Of a stretch of 64,000 bases of DNA, positions 19,637-29,095 are shown piece after piece. The stretch lies in IMG/VR virus record IMGVR_UViG_3300027730_000005; one strand, given 5' to 3'. Source of the stretch: a virus. Lineage: Duplodnaviria > Caudoviricetes. The notes under the pieces are model-generated. The model had not been told where the DNA came from. It searched no databases and worked only from the letters and a program-made list of their open reading frames with translations. A program made the translations under genes and the position numbers. How positions within the stretch are numbered: position 1 is the first letter of the stretch; every line of letters begins with the position of its first letter.

Positions 19637-19909
19637 TTACCAACCAGATTTTTCTCGGGCCTCAATTTCAAGAGGATTAGCGTGATAGCCAAATCGCAGA
19701 TTATACCAAAGATACACTAAAGTGAATTTTACTGCGCCTAGCCGTTGAATTTGTTCAATGTGTACAGCTTCGTGATCTAAAAGTTTTTGATACTGTGGAC
19801 CCACTCGATCTGGACGAAGATACACAGTTTGCCAAGGCATGGTTATAGCACCATAATCAAATGTTTCTAGAAACCAACGAATTGGACCTGTTGCTGTTTT
19901 TGTTTTCAT
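19637..19909 (-). CDS. small HExxH metallopeptidase-like protein
   Basis: LLDHEAVHIEQ and NPLEIEA; start after TAAATA-N5. Confidence 0.55.
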   Translation of the reverse strand: MKTKTATGPIRWFLETFDYGAITMPWQTVYLRPDRVGPQYQKLLDHEAVHIEQIQRLGAVKFTLVYLWYNLRFGYHANPLEIEAREKSGW

Positions 19910-19926
19910 AAAAATATTTATCGTGA

Positions 19927-20124
19927 TCATTCAAAAGAAAACTTACTACTGCATCCCAAATCCTGTTCAGAGTTTTTGTCAATATCTTTAGAGATAATGT
20001 CATACACTTGTGTGTATGTGTGGGTAATTTTGTCTAGCTGTTGTTCGGTAACCAAATTATTATCTTCCAAAATAGCTAAGTCTTTAGCTAAGTTTTCTTG
20101 TAATTTTTTTAGTTGGTTGACCAT
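19927..20124 (-). CDS. hypothetical protein
   Basis: Preceded by the full TATAAATA motif 5 nt before ATG. Confidence 0.5.
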   Translation of the reverse strand: MVNQLKKLQENLAKDLAILEDNNLVTEQQLDKITHTYTQVYDIISKDIDKNSEQDLGCSSKFSFE

Positions 20125-20132
20125 GTATATAT

Positions 20133-21134
20133 TTATACAGGATTTTTGTCAACCAAATTGTCGCGGAATATTTCCCAAGCTCGTTGCCATGACCATTTTT
20201 GGCTACCTTCTAATACTCGTTCTCTATTCAATACAATACAGCGATGAACCGCAGTGGCTAAATCTTCTTCCAAGTATCCAGTCACTCCCTGCTCAACCAC
20301 ATCCTCGGGACCTTGCACAGGATATGCTGCAACCGGTGTGCCACAGGCCATTGCTTCAATCATTACAATACCAAATGTTTCCCACTGACTAGGGAATACA
20401 AACACATCGGCCTGTCTATAGTAGTCGGCCAATTCTTTACCAGTTTTATATCCTACAAATTCAACATCAGGGTACTGGTGTCGATATGTTTCCAACATAG
20501 GTCCATCACCCACCATGACTTTACAATAACCTGGGTAGTCTAGCTTAAAGAAATCTTCTAAGTTTTTTTCTTTAGAAACTCTACTAACACACAACAGAGT
20601 GCCAGTGTTAGTATAAGAATTGCTAGGATAGAAAATATCTCTATCAACACCTCTTGTCCAAGATATAATATCTCCATCAAATCCATGATCACGCAACTCC
20701 TTTACCATTGAGTCTGTAGTGGTCAGCACTTTACCACTGTGTTTGTGAAACCAACGCACTAAAGGCCAAGTAAGGACCTCAGGTATTCCAAACAGCTTCT
20801 TAATTCCTTCTGGAAATTTAGTATGATAAGCAGTATTGTAGCAATAACCGTGTTTGTCAAGATATTGTCTAGCACACAGACCCACAGGACCTTCGGTGGC
20901 GATGTGGATATGATCCGGATTGATCTCCTCAAGTATCTGGCCCATCTTCCAGGGAAAGGCAATCTTGACTTCGTTGTAGCCAGGGCAATCAACATAGCGG
21001 AACCGCCCGGGATCAAGATATACAACACGATAGTTGTCGCGAATCGCACACGTCTCAATATTTTTGTAGGTCGTGGCCACACCATTGATCTGCTCCGGTA
21101 AATTATCTGTGACTATCAGTATTGTTTTTGACAT
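20133..21134 (-). CDS. GT4 glycosyltransferase, Agt-like (putative diacylglycerol glycosyltransferase)
   Basis: QINGVATT, HIATEGPVG, AYHTKFPE, WTRGVD, VSRVSKEKN, FPSQWETFGIVMIEAMACGTPVAAYP; adjacent to plcP-like gene. Confidence 0.85.
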   Translation of the reverse strand: MSKTILIVTDNLPEQINGVATTYKNIETCAIRDNYRVVYLDPGRFRYVDCPGYNEVKIAFPWKMGQILEEINPDHIHIATEGPVGLCARQYLDKHGYCYNTAYHTKFPEGIKKLFGIPEVLTWPLVRWFHKHSGKVLTTTDSMVKELRDHGFDGDIISWTRGVDRDIFYPSNSYTNTGTLLCVSRVSKEKNLEDFFKLDYPGYCKVMVGDGPMLETYRHQYPDVEFVGYKTGKELADYYRQADVFVFPSQWETFGIVMIEAMACGTPVAAYPVQGPEDVVEQGVTGYLEEDLATAVHRCIVLNRERVLEGSQKWSWQRAWEIFRDNLVDKNPV

Positions 21135-21155
21135 TTGCCTTCTACCTTAAAACTT

Positions 21156-22043
21156 TCAAACTTTAACTGCCACTTCATTGTGGCCAGTGCTTGTTCGCAT
21201 ATGTGTTGACTGGGAAATTGTAGTTCTATTCTCCCTGGAGTGTCTTTGGGATTGTTTATGTGAACTGCTATCAATATCATCAACCACATCATCTCGCTCC
21301 TTGGACCAAGTTACTATTTCCCATTTACCATCATGATGTTCTACCAATGCGGTACAACTTTCTACCCAGTCACCGTCGTTCATATAAATGATACCGTCTA
21401 TGTCTTTGATCTCTGCGTGGTGTATGTGACCACAGATCACGCCATCAAACCCACGCTTTTTACAATAGCCTGCTAGATTCTTTTCAAATTGAAATATAAA
21501 ATCCACAGCTTTCTTTACTCTATGCTTTAGATACTTACTTAAACTCCAATAACCAAATCCCATCTTATGTCGGCCCCAGTTAAACTTACTGTTGAGATTG
21601 AGTACAAAATCGTATAATTTGTCTCCCAAGAATCCCAGCCAAGGAGCTAGTCGTGTAATGCCATCGAACAAATCACCGTGAATCACTAAGTAGTGACGAC
21701 CGTCTACACCTATATGTTCAAATTGATTGTGTATTTCTACTAGACCAAAACTAAACCCATATGGTAACATAGGTCTAAGAAACTCATCATGGTTACCAGC
21801 TATGTAGATAACTCTAGTACCACGTTTAGCATGACCAAGTACTCTACGAACTACATTAGTATGACTTTGTTTCCAACGCCATTTGTTTTGCTGTATTCTC
21901 CAAGCATCAATGATATCACCCACGAGATACAATGTATCGCAGGTGTTGTGCTTGAGGAAATTATTCAATGCTTCGGCTTTGCAATCTTTGGTGCCAAGAT
22001 GTACATCACTGATTGCTATGGTTCTATAAGTTTTGGTTGTCAT
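21156..22043 (-). CDS. plcP: PlcP-like metallophosphoesterase (LpxH-like family), putative phospholipase C
   Basis: ISDVHLGTKDCKA, LYLVGDIIDAW, YIAGNHDEFLR, HGDLFD, CGHIH, YMNDGDWVESCTALVE; context pstS-plcP-GT4. Confidence 0.75.
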   Translation of the reverse strand: MTTKTYRTIAISDVHLGTKDCKAEALNNFLKHNTCDTLYLVGDIIDAWRIQQNKWRWKQSHTNVVRRVLGHAKRGTRVIYIAGNHDEFLRPMLPYGFSFGLVEIHNQFEHIGVDGRHYLVIHGDLFDGITRLAPWLGFLGDKLYDFVLNLNSKFNWGRHKMGFGYWSLSKYLKHRVKKAVDFIFQFEKNLAGYCKKRGFDGVICGHIHHAEIKDIDGIIYMNDGDWVESCTALVEHHDGKWEIVTWSKERDDVVDDIDSSSHKQSQRHSRENRTTISQSTHMRTSTGHNEVAVKV

Positions 22044-22089
22044 AGTTGTTGTATTTGTTATTATAATGCAAACCCACAAATTAAAAACT

Positions 22090-22111
22090 AAAAAAGGACC
22101 AGTTGGTCCTT
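22090..22111 (-). terminator. intrinsic terminator after pstS
   Basis: AAGGACC-AACT-GGTCCTT followed by a T run on the minus strand. Confidence 0.65.
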
Positions 22112-22155
22112 AGTACTGGTTACGAGTTCCAGCCACACTCTATCGTTGTGTGCGG

Positions 22156-23160
22156 TTATTTAATCTGTGTCCAAACTCGCTGACGAATCTGATCTTGCAA
22201 CACTGTGGGCAAGTGTACATAATCCAATTCTTCACTCATGTTCTTGCCGTTCTTGAATGCCCAATCAAAGAATTTCAACGCTTCATCACTGGCGGCTTTG
22301 TTAGTAGGATTTTTGTACATGATAATAAAACTTGCTGAACTCACTGGCCAGGCGTTGAGATTCTTTTGATCCACAATGCTGAGTCCCATACCCGGAACTG
22401 AGAACCAATCAGCACCGTCTGCCGCAGCGGCAAATGTTACGTCATCTGGACTTACATATCGTCCTGCGTTGTTCTGGAGTTGTAGAAATGTCATGTTGTT
22501 CTTTTTAACATACGCATATTCCACATAACCAATTGATCCTTTGATACGGTTTACATTAGCAGCAACTCCTTCGTTGCCTTTACCACCCACTGAACTGGCA
22601 GCAGGCCATTTAACAGCAGCACCTCGGCCCACACGCTGTAGCCACTCGGGACTTACAGTAGCAAGATAGTCTGTCCAATTAAAAGTTGTACCCGAACCAT
22701 CAGCACGGTGTACCACGGTGATTTCTGTATTAGGCAAGGTTTTACCTGGGTTCAATGCTGTTAATTTTGGGTCATTCCACTTAGTAATGTTACCCATGAA
22801 CACTTCCGCCATAACTGGTCCAGTGATCTTTAGTTCTCCGGGCTTGATACCATCTAAGTTAACAATAGGCACAGTACCGCCAATGATGGCAGGGAATTGT
22901 ATCTGTCTCTGTTTGTCTAGGTCTTCACCCTTAACTGGAGCATCGGTGGCACCAAAGTCTACAGTTTTGGCATTGATTTGTCTAATGCCACCTGAACTGC
23001 CAATTGATTGATAGTTCATGCCTTTACCAGTGGCCTTTTTATATGCTTCGGCCCATTTAGCATAGATTGGATATGGAAATGTAGCGCCAGCGCCGGTAAT
23101 TTCCTGTGCTGTTGCAGAAAATGCAACAATTGCAAGTAGCATGGTAATGAGTTTTTTCAT
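22156..23160 (-). CDS. pstS: phosphate ABC transporter substrate-binding protein
   Basis: ITGAGATFPYP, YQSIGSSGG, DFGATD, HRADGSGTT, SIGYVEYAY; signal peptide from MKKLITM. Confidence 0.97.
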   Translation of the reverse strand: MKKLITMLLAIVAFSATAQEITGAGATFPYPIYAKWAEAYKKATGKGMNYQSIGSSGGIRQINAKTVDFGATDAPVKGEDLDKQRQIQFPAIIGGTVPIVNLDGIKPGELKITGPVMAEVFMGNITKWNDPKLTALNPGKTLPNTEITVVHRADGSGTTFNWTDYLATVSPEWLQRVGRGAAVKWPAASSVGGKGNEGVAANVNRIKGSIGYVEYAYVKKNNMTFLQLQNNAGRYVSPDDVTFAAAADGADWFSVPGMGLSIVDQKNLNAWPVSSASFIIMYKNPTNKAASDEALKFFDWAFKNGKNMSEELDYVHLPTVLQDQIRQRVWTQIK

Positions 23161-23202
23161 CAAAATTTCCTTTAGTTGATACATTTATTTAAGCATACAA
23201 GT

Positions 23203-23220
23203 ATTACAATTATGTTACAG
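23203..23220 (-). promoter_or_regulatory. Pho box (PhoB site) upstream of pstS
   Basis: CTGTAAC-ATAA-TTGTAAT, two 7-mers at 11-bp spacing matching the CTGTCAT repeat, about 43 nt upstream of the ATG. Confidence 0.7.
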
Positions 23221-24237
23221 ACTTAGCCAATGTTGATGTAATTGGTTAGTGGCCAAGTTCTTACCTTTGGCTTCAACTTGCATGTCCCACTCTTTACTAA
23301 AGGTCAACGCCCATTCAGTCACAGCATGATTCCACAAGAAGTCACTATGAGCTCGCAGCTTCTGCTTGCGGTATCCAGAATTAAGAAGTTGTCCCAGGTC
23401 GGGACGAACATTGGGATCGTGATCCACCAAAACGTCTTCACGACTAACACTGTAGTGCAAAGCAGGACGAGTACCACGCCAAGACTCCAACACGCGACGA
23501 GCACGAGGGTCGTTAGGAGTGATGTATTCGCCGGTGTTGATCCAGTGGTGGTGGATATCCAGCGTAAGAGCGCAATGCTCAGCCACAAGTAAAGTAACGT
23601 CGATCCCATTTGTCATCTCATCATTTTCAATAGCAATTAGATTCCTAGCTTCTGGAGTAAGTCGACCCAGGGTGCGAAGGAACTTTGTAGGGCCGCCTTT
23701 GCCCGACAAATGTACATTGATCTTAAATCCATGATCATGCCATGAACTGCCATACCCCATCCAACGAGCCATGTCCGCATGGTACTCGAATTCCAAAATA
23801 CTACGTTCCACAATCTCGTCTGCTTCACTGGCCAACACACAAAATTGGCCTGGGTGAAAACTGAGCCGCACACCAAGTCGACGTGCAGCTTCGCCCACAG
23901 GGGCAAAGATTTTTTTGCAATGCGCTTGGATGTCGGCCTGTTGCCACCAAGAAATCCAGCTGGGTTCAGTATAGCCTTGCAGCATTTCGCTGCCCAGCCG
24001 TACCATGCGACGTTCAGGAGCCATTGCACCCACACGTTCCACCATCATCAATGCTGCACGAGCATTGTGATTCATAATATCCCACTGGCGTTGTTCGGCC
24101 TGGTCCTTGTGTTCACGTAACCAACGCATTGTGGTACTTCGTCCGTTGATGTCACGATCAATGGCGTTGACTTTCATTCCGCCAGTTTCATCTGGAGTGT
24201 TAAGCCATTTGCAGCAAAAACCAAATCGAGGATGCAT
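23215..24237 (-). CDS. uvsE: UV damage endonuclease (UvsE/UVDE)
   Basis: RLSFHPGQF, INVHLSG, IAIENDE, LDIHHHW, HYSVS, AHSD, VEAKGK. Confidence 0.9.
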   Translation of the reverse strand: MHPRFGFCCKWLNTPDETGGMKVNAIDRDINGRSTTMRWLREHKDQAEQRQWDIMNHNARAALMMVERVGAMAPERRMVRLGSEMLQGYTEPSWISWWQQADIQAHCKKIFAPVGEAARRLGVRLSFHPGQFCVLASEADEIVERSILEFEYHADMARWMGYGSSWHDHGFKINVHLSGKGGPTKFLRTLGRLTPEARNLIAIENDEMTNGIDVTLLVAEHCALTLDIHHHWINTGEYITPNDPRARRVLESWRGTRPALHYSVSREDVLVDHDPNVRPDLGQLLNSGYRKQKLRAHSDFLWNHAVTEWALTFSKEWDMQVEAKGKNLATNQLHQHWLSL

Positions 24238-24239
24238 AA

Positions 24240-24785
24240 TTACTCACCGTTGTTGTTACCCAGTAATTGTAACACATTTGGCAATAGATCTCTAGTGATA
24301 TTGGCAAGTTTTTGGATGGGTTCGGCAAGATCGGTATGATGATCTACTATTACCCATTGTTTACCGCTGCTGCGTATGGCTTCAGCTAATAGTCCAACAT
24401 AGTTGGTTCTACGTTCTGTTGATTTGGTTTCTAGATCAAATCCAATCATAAGAATCACATCAGCTACACTTGCTACCAAATGAGCAGCAATTATGTCGTC
24501 AACCGAATCTACAGAAAAATCAAACTCTCCACCAAATGCCCGCACACCTTTGGGTGCCTTTAACTGTTCATAAACTGTTTGTTGGATGTAAAGATTGCAT
24601 ATCTTTGCATATCCTTGTGCCACTAACTTGGCAGCTTGCTCGGTGTCCCAGCACACCACATTGTCGGTATTATATCCTCGTTGGGTTCGCCAGCTGCCCC
24701 AGATTGGTGCAAGATTTTTTATGGCCTGAACCGGTGTCGTGGGCGGCAACATGGTATTTTCGGCAAATAACCAGGCTATGTTCAT
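24240..24785 (-). CDS. hypothetical protein
   Basis: ATGA overlap with the amidinotransferase stop; MIGFDL motif; function not recognised. Confidence 0.65.
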   Translation of the reverse strand: MNIAWLFAENTMLPPTTPVQAIKNLAPIWGSWRTQRGYNTDNVVCWDTEQAAKLVAQGYAKICNLYIQQTVYEQLKAPKGVRAFGGEFDFSVDSVDDIIAAHLVASVADVILMIGFDLETKSTERRTNYVGLLAEAIRSSGKQWVIVDHHTDLAEPIQKLANITRDLLPNVLQLLGNNNGE

Positions 24786-25699
24786 GACTCTCTGTGCAGG
24801 TCTAAGGTGACACAATGAAACCCGCCGCCTAATGTTCGACTATGGCGAAGTTGCATAGGTACAACTGTGAATTGATTCTTTTCCAGGAAATCAATTAACA
24901 TGGGTTGATTCTGATCTACAACTACTGTGTATGGATTTACTACCAGCATATTCAATGCTATCCATTTAGATGCATATGGATATTGGAAGAACCCTTGTTC
25001 TTCCACGTGATTGCAATAGATGACTTCCCAGTCTTTTAACACTCGTGGTAAGTTTCCTGGAGTGACTCTACTGCCGTTGACTAATACCAATCCTTCACGT
25101 AACGGAACTATGGTTGAATCAATATGTACTCCTGCGTAGAAATTAACCAATTCAATATCTACTGTTGGAAATTGATTACATAACCAATCATATGCAGCGC
25201 GATTGCCTGATGCAGATTCTAAGAAAATCCATTTGTCATTTAGTCGTGCTATGTTGGCAGCATCCAGAGTCATACCCACATGTCTGGGCATGAATAGATA
25301 ATTATCAGCAGCATCTGCTATATCACGATAGCATTCAATTTCCATATCTCTGCAAGGATACATCATGGCTGGATTCACAATGGTATTACCGTATACCAAC
25401 AATCGATCTCTAGGACAATAGTTATACATGCCATCGTGTTCTTGAAAATCAAGATCATCCGGGCGAAACACTTCTACATTCAATGATCGTAAAACCCCAG
25501 CTAATGCATCAAGGTCTTCATTGGCTTCTTTAATGATCCAGTCTGGCACTGGTCCCGACGGTAATGGAGTTTCTTTCCATAACGTTCTTTCACTTTCGCT
25601 GCGGAACACTGGATCTTTTGTTGGCCAATTGGCATGGTCAGCACGCCCTACTACTACGGATCGCAATGTATCCCATTCATTGAAACTGTGTATCTTCAT
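24782..25699 (-). CDS. amidinotransferase (glycine/inosamine-phosphate amidinotransferase family)
   Basis: NEWDTLRSVVVG, NYCPRD, HIDST, LGGGFHCVTLD (catalytic D/H/C). Confidence 0.9.
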   Translation of the reverse strand: MKIHSFNEWDTLRSVVVGRADHANWPTKDPVFRSESERTLWKETPLPSGPVPDWIIKEANEDLDALAGVLRSLNVEVFRPDDLDFQEHDGMYNYCPRDRLLVYGNTIVNPAMMYPCRDMEIECYRDIADAADNYLFMPRHVGMTLDAANIARLNDKWIFLESASGNRAAYDWLCNQFPTVDIELVNFYAGVHIDSTIVPLREGLVLVNGSRVTPGNLPRVLKDWEVIYCNHVEEQGFFQYPYASKWIALNMLVVNPYTVVVDQNQPMLIDFLEKNQFTVVPMQLRHSRTLGGGFHCVTLDLHRES

Positions 25700-26217
25700 A
25701 CGGTTCCGGTAAGTTGTAATGTATATCTATCAGTTTGTCCCATGTTAGCTGCCAAGTGTAAAAAATCATCACGCCAGCTTACCCAATCACCGGCACGCCA
25801 GCCAGTAAACGGTTGTCCATTCATTTCCAAGTAATGCCCACTGGCCCAGTCCTCCATGAATACAATGGTGCGTACCACATTGTGGGTGGTTTCTAATCCA
25901 TGTATCAGCTTGAATCTATCATATGTATCTCTATGTGCAGGCAATACACTTCCTGGAGGCATACGATAAAAACTCCAACCAAATCGTTCAAATGGAAATA
26001 TTGTTTGGAACGGTGTTATCCAGTCTGGTTCGACTTGTTTCATGTCATACATGTCACCGGTGAATCTAGTTTGTGTATAACCTAATCTGCGCCACTCACG
26101 CAATGCGTAAGTGTCATTGAACTGCTGGTTGATGTAGTTGAGATCGCGATGTCGTAGATCCCACCAAGGATCTACATGCCCTTGCGCCCAAGCATTATTT
26201 GTTGCGAGTGTTTCCAT
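25696..26217 (-). CDS. 2OG-Fe(II) dioxygenase-like (cupin) protein
   Basis: MPPGSVLPAHRD (HxD), LHLAAN (distal His), DRYTLQLTG. Confidence 0.75.
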   Translation of the reverse strand: METLATNNAWAQGHVDPWWDLRHRDLNYINQQFNDTYALREWRRLGYTQTRFTGDMYDMKQVEPDWITPFQTIFPFERFGWSFYRMPPGSVLPAHRDTYDRFKLIHGLETTHNVVRTIVFMEDWASGHYLEMNGQPFTGWRAGDWVSWRDDFLHLAANMGQTDRYTLQLTGTV

Positions 26218-27433
26218 AATGGACCACGGTTAGTCCTTCGACATTGGATAGTTTACGCCATGGATCAATGATCACTGATCCTTTGGGTATTTCACAATAA
26301 GGTTGTGTTTCAGGTTGATCACCGGTGTATTCATATGTGATTTTACGATTGTGTGCCCACAAAATAACAGCAGGGCCTGCTAGCTCTGAGATTACTTCTT
26401 TAGGATCATCTGCCAATGGGTCAAGATACCTGACACTAAACCCTGCTTCTTTGATATAGTGACCAACCAATGTAGAATATGATCCAATACAATACGGAAC
26501 ATCGGGCTTGTATGCTTTACCATGAATCACTATGCTCATTCCAAGTTGTTTGGCATACTTTACTAAAAACAATGCCAGATTCTTTGCTTGAATTTCTCGA
26601 GCATGCATCACAGTATCAAACAAGTCGTATCCAATGTCATACTCCTTGGCCAACCAACGCAAAGCAATGTTGTCGCGTGGGTGGCAGGCACCTGCATCAC
26701 CCATACCTGCAGTCATGTATTTTGGCCCCATAATACGCATGGTGCTACGTGCTAATGCATTTGTAACAACGTCCACATTGATGTGACCAATTTTCATAGC
26801 AAAGTCTTGCACCATGTTTACCAATCCTACTTTGGCTGAAATAAATGTGTTGTAGAAGATCTTAACTGCTTCGCATTCGTCCCAGGTACCAATTTCGTAA
26901 CGTGGATCGTTTTGCATCACAGTGTCGTAGAGATCCTTAAGTTCACCCGCAATGCCATTCCAGTCACCGTCTTCAGTACCAATCATAATCATTTCAGGAT
27001 TAACCATATCCCACTTTACAGATCCCATGGCAATGAGATAAGGGTTGTAAAGGAACTGATGTATTGGATCTAGCAATGGCACAAAATTTCTACGTGTGGT
27101 TCCTGGTAACACTGTACTGATCAATACCACTTTCTTGGAACTACGGGCATGCTGGTTGATTTTGTGAATAGCATCAATCACTGCGTCGTGCCCAAAATCT
27201 CGAGGTTCCATATGGCTTGATGGCACAGAGCCATCATACCCATCAGCATGAGGAGTTGGTACAGCAATAAAAATCCATTCGCTTTCGTTGATCAATTCAT
27301 CAATATCGCAAACTTTTACTGAGTCACTGGTTCGTGGGTAAATATCATAGCCTCTGACTTCATGCTTCTCAGCCATGACTTCAGCGCAATCCAATCCCAG
27401 TTTTCCAATGCCAATAAAACCAATTTTCTTCAT
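26195..27433 (-). CDS. ugd: UDP-glucose/GDP-mannose dehydrogenase family protein
   Basis: GFIGIGKLG, IAVPTP, STVLPGT, NPYLIAMG, EAVKIFYNTF, GACHPRD, KAYKPD. Confidence 0.9.
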   Translation of the reverse strand: MKKIGFIGIGKLGLDCAEVMAEKHEVRGYDIYPRTSDSVKVCDIDELINESEWIFIAVPTPHADGYDGSVPSSHMEPRDFGHDAVIDAIHKINQHARSSKKVVLISTVLPGTTRRNFVPLLDPIHQFLYNPYLIAMGSVKWDMVNPEMIMIGTEDGDWNGIAGELKDLYDTVMQNDPRYEIGTWDECEAVKIFYNTFISAKVGLVNMVQDFAMKIGHINVDVVTNALARSTMRIMGPKYMTAGMGDAGACHPRDNIALRWLAKEYDIGYDLFDTVMHAREIQAKNLALFLVKYAKQLGMSIVIHGKAYKPDVPYCIGSYSTLVGHYIKEAGFSVRYLDPLADDPKEVISELAGPAVILWAHNRKITYEYTGDQPETQPYCEIPKGSVIIDPWRKLSNVEGLTVVHYGNTRNK

Positions 27434-28774
27434 ATGAATATTCCTTTAGATAATCTTTATCATTGGGTGCAAGGCCTAGTACAACATCCAATGATACTTT
27501 ATGTATTCCGTCCACATGGCAGCAAAGATATTTTTAATCTAACTCAGTTTGAAAACTATCCAGCCATAACATATCTATTAGACATAGCGCCAGTGGTTAT
27601 CTGCCATGACCAGGAACCATTAAATTTCAACGACCATAAATTTAATTTTGATCTTGATCGAATCAAACAGTTGTTATTACATAGAGGTCGTAACAGAAAT
27701 GAGTTAAATATTCCAATAGAATTTTATTCTCATTTATCGTCATTTCCTAATTTTAATCCAAATTGGCTCAGAGCGGCCATTGGTCATAATGATTGGTTTA
27801 TACTGTTACATAGTGAAAAGAATAGTTTGGATGTTGAGCAGTTTTCGCATGTGGGATTTGTTCCAGTTTACTATTGGAGTCATGCCATGATTGCCAGAGA
27901 TTGGTACAGATTTGCCCAACACGATAAGAGACTGACTCAGAAAAAAATACAAAAAACTTTTCTTGTGTATTGCAGAGACTGGATGCCACGTCGTGAATAT
28001 AGATTAAAATTTCTTGATTTATTAGTAAACGCCGATTTAATCAATGACTGTAACATCAGCACTCAACACGTAAACAATCAAGGTGTGCATCTTAAAGATT
28101 ATGTTGCCAAAGATTCAAGATTTGCCATTGATACAAAACGTCTTGAGATTATACCCGACAACAATGTCAGCTCAAACGCTAGTGCTGACTACGATGTAAC
28201 TGACATAAATGCCACTGCTATCAGTGTGGTGTTAGAAACAGTAGTAGATGATAAGATTCATCTGACAGAAAAGATATTCAGACCCATTGCCTGCGCACAC
28301 CCGTTTGTGCTAGTAGCGGGCCCTGGATCACTGGCATATCTTAGAAGTTATGGATTTAAGACATTTGATTCTGTGTTTGATGAAAGTTATGATCAACAAA
28401 CCGATACTGTTAAACGATTAGAAATGGTTGTTCAACTCATGCAAAACATACAACAACTGACTGAGGCAGATTGGAGAGAAATCAATGACATTGCTGCATA
28501 TAATAAACAACATTTTTTCAGCGATTCATTTGTAAATCAAGTTAAGGTCGAATTACAAACAAATCTCAATGGCGCAGTAGAATTCTGTCTTGAAAACCGT
28601 GGTGACACCTGGTGGAGATGGCGGAAGATTTTAAGACGCACAAGACAACTTTATCAACTTGCTATTTTTAAATCTGACTTAGATAAGAATACCATTCGCG
28701 AATTAAGAAAACATAGATTACGAAAATCGCAGAATAACCCCAGTCCAGTCGTCCCCAAGGGTTTGGGTCTTTAG
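27434..28774 (+). CDS. putative glycosyltransferase-like protein (GT10-like TEK motif)
   Basis: SVVLETV...HLTEKIFRPIACAHPFVLVAG...LRSYGFKTF; start moved to MNIPLD, abutting the ugd start. Confidence 0.55.
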   Translation: MNIPLDNLYHWVQGLVQHPMILYVFRPHGSKDIFNLTQFENYPAITYLLDIAPVVICHDQEPLNFNDHKFNFDLDRIKQLLLHRGRNRNELNIPIEFYSHLSSFPNFNPNWLRAAIGHNDWFILLHSEKNSLDVEQFSHVGFVPVYYWSHAMIARDWYRFAQHDKRLTQKKIQKTFLVYCRDWMPRREYRLKFLDLLVNADLINDCNISTQHVNNQGVHLKDYVAKDSRFAIDTKRLEIIPDNNVSSNASADYDVTDINATAISVVLETVVDDKIHLTEKIFRPIACAHPFVLVAGPGSLAYLRSYGFKTFDSVFDESYDQQTDTVKRLEMVVQLMQNIQQLTEADWREINDIAAYNKQHFFSDSFVNQVKVELQTNLNGAVEFCLENRGDTWWRWRKILRRTRQLYQLAIFKSDLDKNTIRELRKHRLRKSQNNPSPVVPKGLGL

Positions 28775-29071
28775 ATCTTGAATACGTTCAATTAACACAG
28801 TATAAAAAGTGTCAAGTTCGCCATTCCATTTGCCTCGAAGATGCTCCACAGCATCTTCACAATATTTCCAATTGCGCTTGCGATACTCTTTTAATAGATT
28901 ACTGTGCAATTCTTTGAATGTGTCCAAACTAAGCATTTCCATCAATGTTACTCGTTCAACCAGTGCGTAGGTAGTGGTCAGTTGTTGATCCACTTGAAAT
29001 GTGTCTAGTTCTAATACTATGTATTTTTCTCGGGCTTGTTGTGCTGCCAGGTTGCCAAATATTATGTTCAT
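28718..29071 (-). CDS. stand-alone homologue of the adenylate cyclase C-terminal helical tail
   Basis: HSNLLKEYRKRNW...LRGKWNGELDTFY...ERIQDLKTQTLGDDWTG aligns with cyclase HEAMHALYRQKKF...LKGNFGGQMDKYY...ERCDFMKRQALPSNWNG. Confidence 0.65.
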   Translation of the reverse strand: MNIIFGNLAAQQAREKYIVLELDTFQVDQQLTTTYALVERVTLMEMLSLDTFKELHSNLLKEYRKRNWKYCEDAVEHLRGKWNGELDTFYTVLIERIQDLKTQTLGDDWTGVILRFS

Positions 29072-29095
29072 GTGTAATCCTTTTAAATATGTATC

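Noticed and set aside
22112-22155. Two small hairpins between the pstS stop and its terminator, as a tRNA or ncRNA
   Set aside because: Too short, no cloverleaf or T-loop; probably a 3' UTR stabiliser
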